From NCBI RefSeq assembly GCF_009914755.1, contig NC_060942.1: 64,000 nt of DNA; one strand, given 5' to 3'. The first letter of the stretch is position 1; the number at the start of each line of letters is the position of its first letter. The position numbers were made by a program, and so were the translations under genes. Shown here piece by piece: positions 1 to 13,774 of the stretch. The DNA comes from the human T2T-CHM13v2.0 reference genome, Homo sapiens. Under the pieces are notes generated by a model that saw only the letters and a list, made by a program, of their open reading frames with translations, made no database searches and was not told the DNA's origin.

Positions 1-410
1 ACTTCCCTTTACCTTTGTGGCTATGGTGGCTTAGCATTAAGTGTGCCTCCTCCCATAGTCATTGGTCAAATAAGTGGATACACAACCCAAGAAGAGACTA
101 TTGGAGCCCTTCATGAAATATTTCTGAAGTAGCTGTGTTTCCTCCTTTTAGCTTATGATATGTTGAGAGCTGCTGGTGGCCACCTGCCTCCCCACTTGGA
201 AAGTGTGTGCCTGAGAATAAGGCCAAAGCTATAAAAGGCAGAGGCAAAAGATGGAGAGGCCAAGCCTGGATAACATCATTCAGCCCCTAGAACCAGCTAT
301 GACTGAAGCCAAAAAAAAAGCACAAATTTTTCATTTGTACAGATATATTTCTTTTCTCTTATGCTAGGCATAAGCAATGGGTCTGTTACAACTAAAAGAA
401 TCATGACCAT
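1..410 (+). mobile_element. Old MLT1-type (ERVL-MaLR) LTR remnant
   Basis: MLT1-like motifs (gctgctggtggccac, cagctatgactgaagcc) and MaLR-like 3' end; highly diverged. Confidence 0.5.
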
Positions 411-2310
411 CTCAAATGTCTAGCTGCTTTTCTTGGTAAACATTTAATTGTGATAAAATATAAAAATTGTGTTCATGTCCCTAATGGGTTTTTCTAAAAA
501 GTATGCCCTCTTATGCCCTGTTCTTAATATTTAGGCACTTGGATTCGCCCTAGACACTATTCAGAGACACAAAAAGAAAATGTAAGAGTCACTGTATTGT
601 TATTCTAATAGATACCAACTAAAAATGTACTATAAGAAGTTATACCAGATTAATTAACTTGTTTTGAGTTAAAACAAGTCAAACAGTAGTGAGTCAGACC
701 ATCAATAGAAAGAATCCAAGTTAGCCAACACCTGTCGCTGAATACAGGCAGGTCTGCCTCCAGCCTTATGGGATTTACACACAATAAGGTATTTCTTAGA
801 AACACTGTAATCTGTTAAACATTACCTTCTTAATGTCAAAGACTGCAGAATAAAAGAATTGATAACTACAACAAAATCAGATCAGCACAGTAAATTTCCT
901 ACTGATAACATATTTTCTAATCAGAGCCTCAACATATTTATTATAGAAGAAAGGTAAAAGGACAGATGGAGCATAAATTAAGAAATTATCCAACAAAACC
1001 AGAACAAATAAACAAACACCACCCTCCAAAAAAACTACAACACAAAACCTTTTAACCTTTCACCGGGTATGTCATCAAACGCAGACAGCTGCTCTCTGCA
1101 CCATCTTATATACCTGCATCCTTACCATACAACTTTCTGAAACAGGTGATGTCACAGGTTTCCTGCTTATTGCCAACGTTTCCCTTAGAATACAACATAC
1201 TCAGAATTGTCTCTATGCCTATCCATACCCATCAGGAAACAAGCCTTCTCTTTATAGGATTTTACTCATATAAGCAGCATACTTTCATACTCAATTTGCT
1301 ATTTAAGCAGTGTTTCCCACCTAGACCTGATGTGGAGACACTTTCACCACACTTTTTGTTCTTAGTGTCAATCTGATGTAGAATACATTCAATGAATTCT
1401 AGTATTCCATGTTTCTTCACTATTTATGCAGTATTTTATATTTAACACTGAAAAAATGGTAACCAAATACTGGGAGAATCCTGCTATCAACCTGTAAAAA
1501 CTGGTACAGAGGGAACATTTCATTGCTGTCAGCCAGCTACTGGCTATTTCCGGAATGTTCACATTTTTATGAATGTATTAAGGGTCCATAGTTATCTACA
1601 TACTATGTATTTCAAACAACATTAACACCTTGGTGAGGTAGCTTACTTTGCCCCTTATAGAAACACTGATGTTTGCACATTAGTCATAAAGGAAATCAAT
1701 TATTGCTTACAGGAGTTTTTGTCTATGAACAAAAATTTGAGAACTAATTTCACTCATGTAGTGATGGATAGTGTAATTTAAGTGATATCTGACAAAGGTA
1801 CCTTAAAATGACTATGAGACTCCAGGGAGTGAGTTCAGACAGTCCTAAAGCCTAAGCCTGCCAGAGTGGGTGGGATATTTGGGCAGCTGAGTTGAAACAT
1901 CATTTTCCTTTCAGCATTCTCATCAGGAATATTCTGCAACTGTGACGAGTAACATGAACTTGGTGGGCGGGTACTTAGCAGATGGCAGCGACCGAGATGA
2001 TTTAAAAATCTCCTTGAGATTTTTGGAAGACCTGAACAGGCTGAATCCTGGGCAACGTGTGGCTGTTAAAGACTATAAGGACAGGGAGGGATGCTGTCAA
2101 GCCAGCCAGGGACGCTGCGGTGTCCTGCTCTGGGAGGCCACCTCCACATGAGCTGTGTCTTATGCTGGAGAAGCTCCTACCCTCCGTCTGTGTCTGGTGA
2201 CATCTCCCTATCAATTCTTGACCATCACCTTTGTGGCAACCAGGCAAATAAATTTGCCCTCTTGGGAAAAGAAGTTTTTCTCCAAAATATTATAAAATAC
2301 AAACACATGG

Positions 2311-3450
2311 AATGTTAGACCTAAAACCATAAAAACCCTAGAAGAAAACCTAGGCAATACCATTCAGGACATAGGCATAGGCAAGGACTTCATGTCTAAA
2401 ACACCAAAAGCAATGGCAACAAAAGCCAAAATTGACAAATGGGATCTAATTAAACTAAAGAGCTTCTGCACAGCAAAAGAAACTACCATCGGAGTGAACA
2501 GGCAACCTACAGAATGGGAGAAAATTTTTGCAATCTACTCATCTGACAAAGGGCTAATATCCAGAATCTGCAATGAACTCCAACAAAGTTACAAGAAAAA
2601 AACAAACAACCCCATCAAAAAGTGGGAGAAGGATATGAACAGACACTTCTCAAAAGAAGACATTTATGCAGCCAAAAGACACATGAAAAAATGCTCATCA
2701 TCACTGGCCATCAGAGAAATGCAAATCAAAACCTCAATGAGATACCATCTCACACCAGTTAGAGTGGTGATCATTAAACAGTCAGGAAACAACAGGTGCT
2801 GGAGAGGATGTGGAGAAATAGGAACACTTTTACACTGTTGGTGGGACTGTAAACTAGTTCAACCATTGTGGAAGTCAGTGTGGCAATTCCTCAGGGATCT
2901 AGAACTAGAAATACCATTTGACCCAGCCATCCCATTACTGGGTATAAACCCAAAGGATTATAAATCATGCTGCTATAAAGACACATGCACACGCATGTTT
3001 ATGGCAGTACTATTCACAACAGCAAAGACTTGGAACCAAGCCAAATGTCCAACAATGATAGACTGGATTAAGAAAATGTGGCACATATACACCATGGAAT
3101 ACTATGCAGCCATAAAAAAGGATGGGTTCGTGTCCTTTGTAGGGACATGGATGAAGCTGGAAACCATCATTCTCAGCGAACTATCCCAAGGACAAAAAAC
3201 CAGACACTGCATGTTCTCACTCATAGGTGGGAACTGAACAATGAGAATACATGGACACAGGAAGGGGAACATCACACACTGGGGCCTGTTGTGGAGTGGG
3301 GGCAGGGGGAAGGGATAGCATTTGGCGATATACCTAATGTTAAATGACGAGTTCCTGGGTGCAGCACACCAACATGGCACATGTATACATATGTAACTAA
3401 CCTGCACGCTGTGCCATGTACCCTAAAACTTAAAGTATAATTAAAAAAAA
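2311..3450 (+). mobile_element. 5'-truncated L1PA (about L1PA3-5): ORF2 C-terminus, 3'UTR, short poly(A)
   Basis: ORF 2392-3237 is the L1 ORF2p C-terminus with the CCHC motif [18 protein letters not shown]; TSD aaaatacaaacRcatggaatgtt at 2294-2316 and 3448-3470. Confidence 0.96.
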
Positions 3451-3485
3451 ATACAAACGCATGGAATGTTTAGTATGATACTTAC

Positions 3486-3664
3486 AAGATTTTCCATATC
3501 TGTGCGAGCCAACATGTATGTTCTAATATTACTATTTTGATGGAGCAAGGTATACAAGAGGAGAGTTGCTTGATCAGATGTCTGCTGTTCACAAAGAGCT
3601 GTGTACAAACTATTAAAGTTGATCTGGAAGGCATGTGGAATTGATGAGGGGAAAGGACTGCTAT
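3486..3664 (-). CDS. DYM: Dymeclin coding exon (probably exon 10), 179 nt, phase 1-0
   Basis: Acceptor ttttctgtattccag|ATAGC, donor CTT|gtaagt; my own translation (frame not in the ORF track) gives (D)[59 protein letters not shown]. Confidence 0.97.
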
Positions 3665-3821
3665 CTGGAATACAGAAAACAGCACATCAGTAATTTCTAG
3701 CTGTGCTTTATATAAATAAAAATATTGTTAAAGTAATGTGTACAACTCAATTCCCATTAATTTTATGGAAAGTCACTACATTTCAGATTCAAAATTTTAA
3801 TTTATGTAAAATTTACTTTAG

Positions 3822-4145
<324 letters not shown>

Positions 4146-4460
4146 TCATATACTTTGACTTTGTTACTATTTTCCCATTAACATAGCTGAAATAAATCAG
4201 CTATAAGAACATGAACTTAAATAAACAGAATTATGAGCTAGGCAAAAGGCCCACCAATCAATACAACTTAACCAGGACGTTGAGATAAAATACTTTGTTA
4301 CCAAAACTAAATAACCATGAGTCCTAAATAAAAAATATCTACAGAAAAAGATATAATTTCTACACAAAATAGAAAATTCTCTTTTAAGATAGAATTAAAA
4401 AGAAAAAAACTGCCTTTAAATAAATTGTGGCTGAAGCATCCACTTATATCAAAATCAGTA

Positions 4461-4773
4461 TAGACGTTCCTCAACTTAACAATGGAGTCATATTCCCATA
4501 AATTAATCATAAGTTGAAAATATTCTAAGTTGAAAATGCATTTAATACACCTAACTTACCAAACAACATAGTGTAGTCTAGCCTAGCCTAAGCTATTATA
4601 TTTGTGTACAGTTCTAAATTGTATCAATCCAACTGTAACAGTAGGCCTATTTTACAACAAAGTGTTGAATATCTCATGTAATTTATCAAATACAGTACTG
4701 AATTTATATTGTTTTTGCACATCATAAAGTCAAAAAATCCTAAGTCCAGCCATTGCAGGTTGGGGGCCATCTG
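4461..4773 (+). mobile_element. MER47A-like Tigger DNA transposon
   Basis: Matches remembered MER47A (gttgaaaatgcatttaatacacctaac ... gggggccatctg). Confidence 0.75.
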
Positions 4774-5639
4774 TGTATATTCAACATTAGGTTCTATAAT
4801 CAAAAGAGCACACCAAGCTTGAGACAACTACCAGAAAACTTCTATAACTTTTTTTAAAATAAAATAAAATATAATCTCCAATGCAAACCTAATTGACTAT
4901 AACTGTTAAGAAACTTTTTTTTTTTTTAAAGTACAGTCACTGGAACAATGAAAAGAACAAATCACAGCCTGTATTAGGAAAAGTTCTTGATATTCCAATC
5001 TGACACAGCCCCTTTCCAACAGTTAACTGGATTTGCTGAGAAACTGAAGCAACCAAGGTTAGGAAGCAACAAAGAAGATAAAGATAAGTTCAATGGACTC
5101 AGAGAAAGTCATCATCCAATCAAATAAAACTCTGAACATGGTAGCACAAAGAGCTAATATTTTTACGTTCTAAAAAGCACCAAATTATTTTTAAGCCTTT
5201 AAAACACAGAAGCACTACCAAAACAAAACAACTTGCTTTAACATTTCTAAAAGCTGTGCTCTTATGGAAAAAGAGATGTGTTCCAACACAATCCTTGCCT
5301 CTCAGATTCTCCTTCCTAAGCTTTACATTTGTGAGGGGAATGCACCAAAATGCCTTCAGGTTTACTATCCAGTGCCCTCACTTTTCCTTCCACATTTGAA
5401 ATATAGACTATTTTTTCAATACTAACACTGTATTTTTGACACTTACAAAAATAATTCCTTTTTTTTGTGGTTGGCTTTATATTTTTGCAAGGGATGGCAA
5501 AAGGAAGTGTTGCCATGTGCTGTGAGTATGCAGATATTATGGAATCTACAGAATGTTCACTGGAGGAAGATTCTAGACACACTACACTTCTTTAAAATTG
5601 AAGGAAAGTAACAAATTCACCAACCTGTATTATACCTGA

Positions 5640-6310
5640 CTGCAAAGGGAATATGTGGGTTGTGTATATGTATCCACAACATATATACATTACTAGCTAA
5701 TAAATGCTATGAACCAGCTGTTATACTAAACACTTTGTTTGTGTTATCCCTTATTTAACCCATACATCAAACATGTCATTATTCTGATCAGCTTTACATG
5801 GAATGTAATAAATGTTTAAAGGGATTAAGTAACTTTGCCAAGATCAGCCCTGATGGATATGAATACCCTTAAGCCAACATTTTGCTTCATTGTACTACAT
5901 GGTCTCCCAAACCATGACCATCCCAAGCAAAGTTCAGCCCTAAATACCAACATTTGGCCTGAGCAACAAGAGTAACATAGTAGATACCATATACTGAATA
6001 CCTGCTTTGTTGCAAAATCTGGGCTAATCATTTTAAAGACTTACCTTGCTTGGTCTTTATACAAATACTATTAGGTGATATTATCTCTATTTTATAGGCC
6101 AAGCTTTTGAAGCTAATTGAGATTAAGCAAACTGTCAAAGGTCTCACACTCTGAAGCGATAGAGGTATGGTGTGAAGCCAGGTATGCTTGACTCTGAAAC
6201 TTGCTTTCTTAACCATTAAGCCATACTGTCACCAAGAAGAGTAAGTAATGGGAACAGAAAAATACTAACAGATACACCAGTTTTCGTTTTTTAATTTGTA
6301 AAATTGTTAT
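5640..6310. mobile_element. Cluster of degraded MIR SINE fragments
   Basis: MIR core-like phrases (attaagtaactttgccaag, ttttataggccaag...tgagattaagcaa). Confidence 0.5.
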
Positions 6311-6328
6311 TAATTCCCTATTGTCCTG

Positions 6329-6708
6329 TGTTATAGTTTGCCTGTATCCTCTCCAAAATTCATGTTGAAATTTAATCTCCAATGAAATAAAGTTGAGAGG
6401 TAGGGCCTTTACAGTGTGATTAGGTCCTAAGGGCCCATCTCTCATCAATAGGATGAAGGCCTTCATAAAAGAGGGCCCACATAGCATTCAGCCCTTTTAG
6501 CCCTTGACTCCCTTCTGCCATGTGAAGACACAGCTAGAAGGATCCATCTTGGAAGCAGAGACTGAGCCCTCACCAGACACCAAACCTGCCGGTGCCTGCA
6601 TCTTAGATTGACTTCCCAGCCTTCAGAACTGTGAGAAATAGATTTCTGTTCTTTATAAGTTATTGAGTCTCAGGTATTTTGTTAGAGCAGCACAAATGGA
6701 CAAAGACA
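6329..6708 (+). mobile_element. MSTD/MLT1A-like MaLR solo LTR
   Basis: TG...CA ends; gacttcccagccttcagaactgtgagaaata motif. Confidence 0.85.
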
Positions 6709-6901
6709 CACTGCAAATAATACCAGAATTGGCAGAGGCGCAATTAATGGGCACATTTAGCCACGTCTATAAGAAATGTGTATCAGAATAACCCGGAAGA
6801 ATCATGGCACAGCCCATCAGAAGGCTTACAAATGCTCCCATCCAATCACTGTACTTCCCACCCATCTTCATTACATTAGTGTTCAAAATGTCTTGAGCAT
6901 C

Positions 6902-7233
6902 TGGTCATGCACTGCATAATAACGTTTCAGTCAGTGATAAACCACATATTCAAAGTGATTCCATGTGATTATAATACCACGTTTTTATTGTACCTTTTCT
7001 AGGTTTAGACTGCTTAGATACACAAATACTTACCACTGTGTTACAACTGACTACAGCATTCAGTACATCATCATGTTGAATAGGTCTGTTGGCTAGGAGC
7101 AATAGGCTACACCACATAGCCTAGTTGTGTAGTAGCTACGCCATCTAGGTTTGTCTAAGTACACTATGATATTCACACAGCGACAAAATTGCCTAATGGA
7201 ACACAGCCCTGCTGTTGAGCAGCACTTGACTAT
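6902..7233 (+). mobile_element. Tigger3a-like DNA transposon
   Basis: gtcatgcactgcataat ... ctaggagcaataggctac ... cacttgact matches Tigger3a. Confidence 0.85.
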
Positions 7234-7344
7234 ACTACAGGAATCTTGCTTTTAGAATGTAACCTTTTGAGAAGAGATAATACTGGTTCAACATGAAGCC
7301 ATATGCTCACCTTCTACTTTAGGAGTTATTAATACCAAGTTACA

Positions 7345-7530
7345 CAGCTCATGGGCAGCCTGCCCCTTGTCTGGAAGTAAAGATTTACTGGAGCACAGCC
7401 ATCTAACTTGTTTACATAGTACCTATGGCTGCTTTGATGGAAAAACGGCAAGGCTAACAGACTGCAGGAGAGACCATGTGACTCCACAAAGCCACTACCC
7501 TCTACAGAAAAAGGTTTTCTGATTTGTGTT
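7345..7530 (+). mobile_element. MER58A-like hAT element
   Basis: tttactggagcacagccat ... ctatggctgcttt ... tacagaaaaaggtt. Confidence 0.6.
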
Positions 7531-7922
7531 CTAATCTTTTTTTTTTGTTTTTGAGACCTAATTTTTAGTTCTATAAAACTCTAGAACACAGACTTTAACT
7601 GAAAATTTAAAACAACCTAGCATTTGGGTTTTCCAGGTTAATTCCTATCCCTAACAGGTAGTACAGACTGACCCAAATTAAACACATGCTGGTTGGTTGT
7701 CCATGAAAGAAATATGGATTTAAACAGATATAAAGGATCAGATATAAAGGATGCTTGACCTTCCTGATAATATTGACAGGAAAAGCTAAAGTTTTTCTCA
7801 TGTTTGACCAATATGAAAACATACAATGGACACTCATCTCCAAAACTATAAGACAATAAACAATATAGAACAAGCAATACTCTCCCCATTACAAAGAATA
7901 TTAGAGAAAAAATACCACAAAC

Positions 7923-8105
7923 CTTGTGTGTTCTTGAAGGACATAATGGCTTGTCTGTAGGGGTTTGGCGCATCTGAGGCATCTGTCAGATTGGCCAACA
8001 CCAGCAGAAGCAGGAGACTCTGGTTGGCCAGAGGGGAAGAAAGCTCTGGAGAGGCAGCCGCTTTGCTGCCCACACCACCTAGTGTGAAGACAGTCCAGAG
8101 TCCTG
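7923..8105 (-). CDS. DYM: Dymeclin coding exon (probably exon 9), 183 nt, phase 1-1
   Basis: Acceptor ttttcctccccag|CAGGA, donor CAAG|gtttgt; encodes (T)[60 protein letters not shown]. Confidence 0.97.
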
Positions 8106-8399
8106 CTGGGGAGGAAAACACCCTGTTAGGATGTGCTGCCACCAATGAGATGAATGTATTTCTGTAAAGTATTCTGTGTAATATAATACAATATGGTAAT
8201 GAGCAGTTCCAAAGTGTAGAACAAGAATCATGTCTATACATTTCACAAGGCCAGAAAATCCTTGCTATAAAAACTGGACAAAGATTGACTGTATTTACAA
8301 CAAAATAGAGAAATAGAGATTTTTATGATTAGGTAACCTAAATTTTGTAAAAAAGTGAATGAAATTTAGTAGAAAAATTTGCTAAAAAAAATTAATGCA

Positions 8400-8695
8400 A
8401 GCCGGGTGCAGTGGCACACACCTGTAATCCCAGCACTTTGAGAGGCCAAGGCAGGTGGACCAAGAGGTCAGGACTTCGAGACCAGCCTAACCAACATGGT
8501 GAAACCCCATCTCTACTAAAAATATAAAAAATAGCCAGGTGTGATGGCAGGCGCCTGTAGTCCCAGCTACTTGGCTGAGGCAAAAGAATAGCTTGAACCT
8601 GGGAAGCAGAGGTTGCAGTGAGCTGAGATCATGCCACTCCACTCCAGGCTGGGCAACAGAGTGAGACTCATCTCAAAAAATAATAATAATAATAA
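8400..8695 (+). mobile_element. AluS
   Basis: Alu dimer with (TAA)n tail. Confidence 0.95.
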
Positions 8696-9091
8696 ATGCA
8701 TTATGATCAAGAGGCTTTGTTTCTAAAGTACAAGAATTGTTCACCATTTTAAAAGTATTATTTCTATTTTTTAAAATAAAAAATGTGGTCATCTCGAGAG
8801 TTTCCACATTTTCATATATATATTTAAATATATATATATTTTAAACTTAAAATTAGTTTCTGATTTAAAGAAAAATTCTTACAAACTAGAAAGGGAAGGA
8901 AACCTCTAGCCAAAAATTCATAGTGGTCAAACATTGTAAGTATTCCCATTAATATCATCAACATCAGCATGGTACTACTAATGCCCAAGCAAAAACATTA
9001 AGACAAAAGAAAAAAAGACCAAAAAAATTTTAGAGAAAAAATTTCATTATTTGCAAGCAATATTCTGGTCCACTTAGAAATGCGCTGTCCA

Positions 9092-9339
9092 GGCCTGGCA
9101 CGGTGGCTCACGCCTGTAATCCCAACACTTTGGGAGGCCTGACCAACATGGAGAAACCCTGTCTCTACTAAAAATACAAAAAAATTAGCCAGGCGTGGTG
9201 GCGGGCACCTGTAATCCCAGCTACTCGGGAGGCTGAGGCAGGAGAATTGCTTGAACCCAGGAAGCAGAGGTTGCGGTGAGCTGAGATCGCGCCACAACAA
9301 GAGCGAAACTCCGTCTCAAAAAAAAAAAAAAAAAAAAAA
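9092..9339 (+). mobile_element. AluSp-like with two internal deletions
   Basis: Diagnostic tgaccaacatggagaaaccc; TSD aaatgcRctgtcca. Confidence 0.9.
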
Positions 9340-9642
9340 TGCACTGTCCAGTACAGTGGCCACTAGCCACTTGTGGTTACTGAGCATTTAAAGTGAGTCT
9401 ACTGTAGCTCAAATTACACTGTGCTATAAGTGTAAAATACACATGAAAATTTGAAGACTTAATACCAAAAAAAGAATGTAAATTATCTCACTAATATTTT
9501 ATGCTAAATACATGTTGAAATAATATTTTAGATACACTAGTATTAAAATTACTTTCACCTGTTTCTTTTTACTTTTTGAACATGACCACTAGAAAATTTA
9601 AAATTACATACATGGCTTCTATTATATTTCTATTGGACAGAG
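9340..9642 (+). mobile_element. MER33 hAT element
   Basis: ctgtccagtacagtggccactagccac ... atatttctattggacag. Confidence 0.85.
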
Positions 9643-9983
9643 TTAATTGTTCTAGAATATCAAAGAGAGCCACCTGATACTCCATTACTGACACACTATA
9701 ACTAATAGAAGATTTTGGTGCAGTACTATGGCTATATGGTCAACACCACCAACAACAATAAAAATTAAAAGCTTTACATACAATCAATAAATAATTAGAA
9801 AATATATTTAATTCCAATCAAAATAGCAACAAATCCAATAAAATATTCAGGAATAAACCTAAAATAGAGATGATCTTTAGGCTGACAACCATAGAATTTG
9901 AAGACCATATGAGATCTGAATTAATGTAAAGGCATAACATGTTTCTGGACAAAAAGAGTCAATACTATAAAATGTCAAATCTA

Positions 9984-10323
<340 letters not shown>

Positions 10324-10891
10324 CTAAAATTCAGTATAATAACCATCAAAATACCAACAAGACTTTATGTGATATTTTGTAATACAGTGTAAATAAAACA
10401 TTTCTACATGAAAAAAATACATAAGAAAACAATTCTGAGACCGACCTAGGGAAGTATACAACCATTCACATAGTACAATTTGTATAAAGCTATAGTCATG
10501 TAAAAGTGTGATTTGGCAGCAGAGGAGACAAATAGGTCAACAGAAGAGAAATTAGGTCAGCACAGAGCTACATGTATTTGATAATTAAGATTATGATAAA
10601 GGTAGTGTGCCAGATCAGTAAGAAAAGGATAAAATTCTGTTAAGTGTTCTTGGGACAGTGAAATTTTGTTAGTATTTAATTATAGAAGCATATGTATAAA
10701 CCTTGAGTCAGGGAAGCCCTTTTCTTATGTAAGAAACAACATTCAAGAATACATGAAGAATATTCATTTGACCATTTAAAAATTAAATACTTTTACATGA
10801 TAAAACACATCACAAAGACAAGTAACATATGAAGAAGCAACATTCGTAACATGTATAACAAAAGGATTTTTTTAAAAATCTACAAATCAGT

Positions 10892-10922
<31 letters not shown>

Positions 10923-10946
10923 TCCAAAATTAAAATGGGCAATAAA

Positions 10947-11199
10947 GGAGGCTGAGGCAGGAGGACTGCTTCAGCCCAGAAGTTGAAGACCAGCCTGGGC
11001 AACACAGTGAGACCTTGTCTCTACAAATAATAATAATTAAAAAAGAAATAGCCGGGCATGGTGGTTCATGCTTGTAGTCCCAGCTACTCATGAGGCTGAA
11101 GCAGGAGGATCACTTGAGCCCAGGAGGTTGAGGCTACAGTAAGCTGTGACTGTGCCACTGCACTCCAACCCAGGCAACAGAATAAGCCCCTATCTCAAA
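10947..11199 (+). mobile_element. AluJ, 5'-truncated
   Basis: J diagnostics (ggaggatcacttgagcccaggagg). Confidence 0.9.
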
Positions 11200-11205
11200 T
11201 ATATA

Positions 11206-11255
<50 letters not shown>

Positions 11256-11310
11256 TATATATATACACACATATATATATATATACACACATATATATTT
11301 ATTTATATAT
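11199..11310. repeat. (TA)n/(TACA) microsatellite at the Alu tail
   Basis: Read directly. Confidence 0.95.
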
Positions 11311-13774
11311 TTTAAACGGACAACGGAAGTCTAAACAATAATTTTTAAAAATGTAATGATCATGAGATGACCCATGAGACTAGAACATTTTTAAAAGACT
11401 GATAACACTGATAAGACTCAGTAGTATCAGTAAAGGTATAGGAAATTATCAGTAGTAAGAGATCCAAGTGTTACAGGACTTTTTAAAGTACATTTGGCAG
11501 TTTTCATTGAAAATAAAATGCACATACTCATGAGCCCAGCAATTCTTTTTTTTTTTCTATACCAAGGAATACTTGAATAGGCACACAAAAGAGCATGTAT
11601 AGGAATGTTTACTGTAATATTGTTTATAATGGTCCAATAATGTAAACAACATATAAATGCTCACCAGTAACAATGGTGACATAAGCTATGGTTAAACTAT
11701 ACCATGGAATACAATATAAGGATGTAGATGTCTATGTACCAACAAGGAAATACCGTTAAGTGAAAAAAACAAGTTGCAGAAAAACTGATGTAACAATTTA
11801 AAAAATCACTTACCAAACCATATATGTATCCATATGTACATATTTAAAAAAAAAACAAGAAGGACAAAGTATACATCACACTGCAAACAGAGATTATCTC
11901 TAGAGGATGAAGTGGGATTGCATGGAATTCAAGGAATTCAAGGAAGACTTTTGTTTTACTTGTATAGTTTAATTTTTCCCCAGTAATAATATATTTATTT
12001 CTTTAAAAATAAATGTAAAAGAATAAAATTAAAATAACAGAAAAATATAGATCCCATTAGTATGTAGAATATGGGAAAATCTCATCAGAAATCACTAAGT
12101 GAAAAAGGCCATTCACAAACTACATATATATAGATATATATGTATATATATGCATGCTCCATTTGTTTTAAGAACTTGCAAATACACATATCTATGCATG
12201 TAAGTCCATCTACAGGTCCCTGGCAGGGTCCACTGTAGACAGTGGTCATTCGTCATGGAGCAGAGTGGGAGTGAAGGTGGCTTCAGGAGAGTCTCAGACT
12301 TTGTTCAGTGTAGTATTACTCTATTGCTTGACTCTTCTACAACAGAGACGTATTCAAGCATAATAAGCAATTAAAAATAATAAGGAAGGGAAGGAGGAAA
12401 ATTCCTGGTCACCAACTCCCCCAAAAATGTGATGCAAATACTTTGGAACTAGGACAAAGCCCTGTAATTTTTACTTTAACAACAAAACAGAAAACCTCCT
12501 GATAATTTTGGAGGGAAAAATCATCAACATGTTAGCTCTGATTATATCGAGGACCATGGCAATAGATGTGATATTTAACTTTAATCTTTGCATATACATA
12601 TTTTTTATTACTTATTATAATGGGCAGGTGTCCTTTTTACAAAAACACTTATTAAATGAATTAAGTGCTTCTGTAAATAAATTATAAGCAATGTATAACA
12701 AAACAAGCAACTGAAACGTTTTGTTTCTGCCGAACTAACACAGGCAGATACTTTTTATTTCTACTTTACATTGTAAACAGTTCAGTGTGAACATCTGTTC
12801 ATTTATAATATTTTGTACTTTTTACTGAACACACAAAATAAAGTATCTTATGAATAGCCTAAATATGTAATTTCCTACACAATTGTGAGCCTACAAATAT
12901 CAAGCTTTTTAAATGATTACTGAAATGGTTTTACTACTAACTTTTAAGGAGCTGTTATGGGGGAAGGGGGGAAATAGTCCCCATCCCTAAATTTCGAGGT
13001 CCTCAAAAAAGAGTATACTGGGAACCTCAAACTGCAAATCTGGTATAAATTTTCAGTATAGGTATAAGCAAACTCGAGGATCAGCAAGAAGAGGTTTTTT
13101 TGTTTTGTTTTTTAATACAGGAAGGATTTTAAGATGACTGGGGAACACAGGAAAGTTTCTGTTAAATAATGTGCTCCCTCCATTTCATAAGGAAAATCTG
13201 AATTAAAATTGTCAATAATTGGTAATTATAGACCACAAATTTAAGTTTATTCAAAACAATCCTCATGACATAGTTGAAGAACTTGAGACATTTAATAAGA
13301 AAATCAAAATTATTAAGAAGGTACAGCCAGTAGCCAAGTATTAATTATTTGCTTTGGGATTGATTTGTGTTGTTTATTTGTATCATTTTAAAACATTTAA
13401 AGCCATTTTCTTCCACTCAGAGTATGCTCCATGACAGTCAGCTCCAATATCCATCACTGTGTGTTCCAGGATTCAGAGCAATGAGAAACACAATTACAAA
13501 GTTCAATCTGCAACAAAAATAATCACAACATGGTCCCCAAGGTCAAATAGAAGTGTTTTTTGGATCCTCTTCACAGTTGCTCATCTTTATTGCTAGTAGA
13601 AATGAGTTGACTACTACTGAATAAATTGCACAAACAAAATTCTGATTCCCTTTCAACACAGATTCACTCTCCTTTCTTCAAGATTTTCCAAGAGGGCTGA
13701 GAAGCTGCTTCTAATGTCAGATAAACTAACATTTTATTGGGAAGCTTCTCCATCTTTCCCTGAATCCACCAACA

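Noticed and set aside
2392-3237. 281-aa ORF, the longest in the window
   Set aside because: It is the ORF2p C-terminus of a 5'-truncated L1 with no promoter or EN/RT domains, not a host gene
3482-3685. ORF-track peptide over the last DYM exon
   Set aside because: Wrong frame; the real exon is read in another frame
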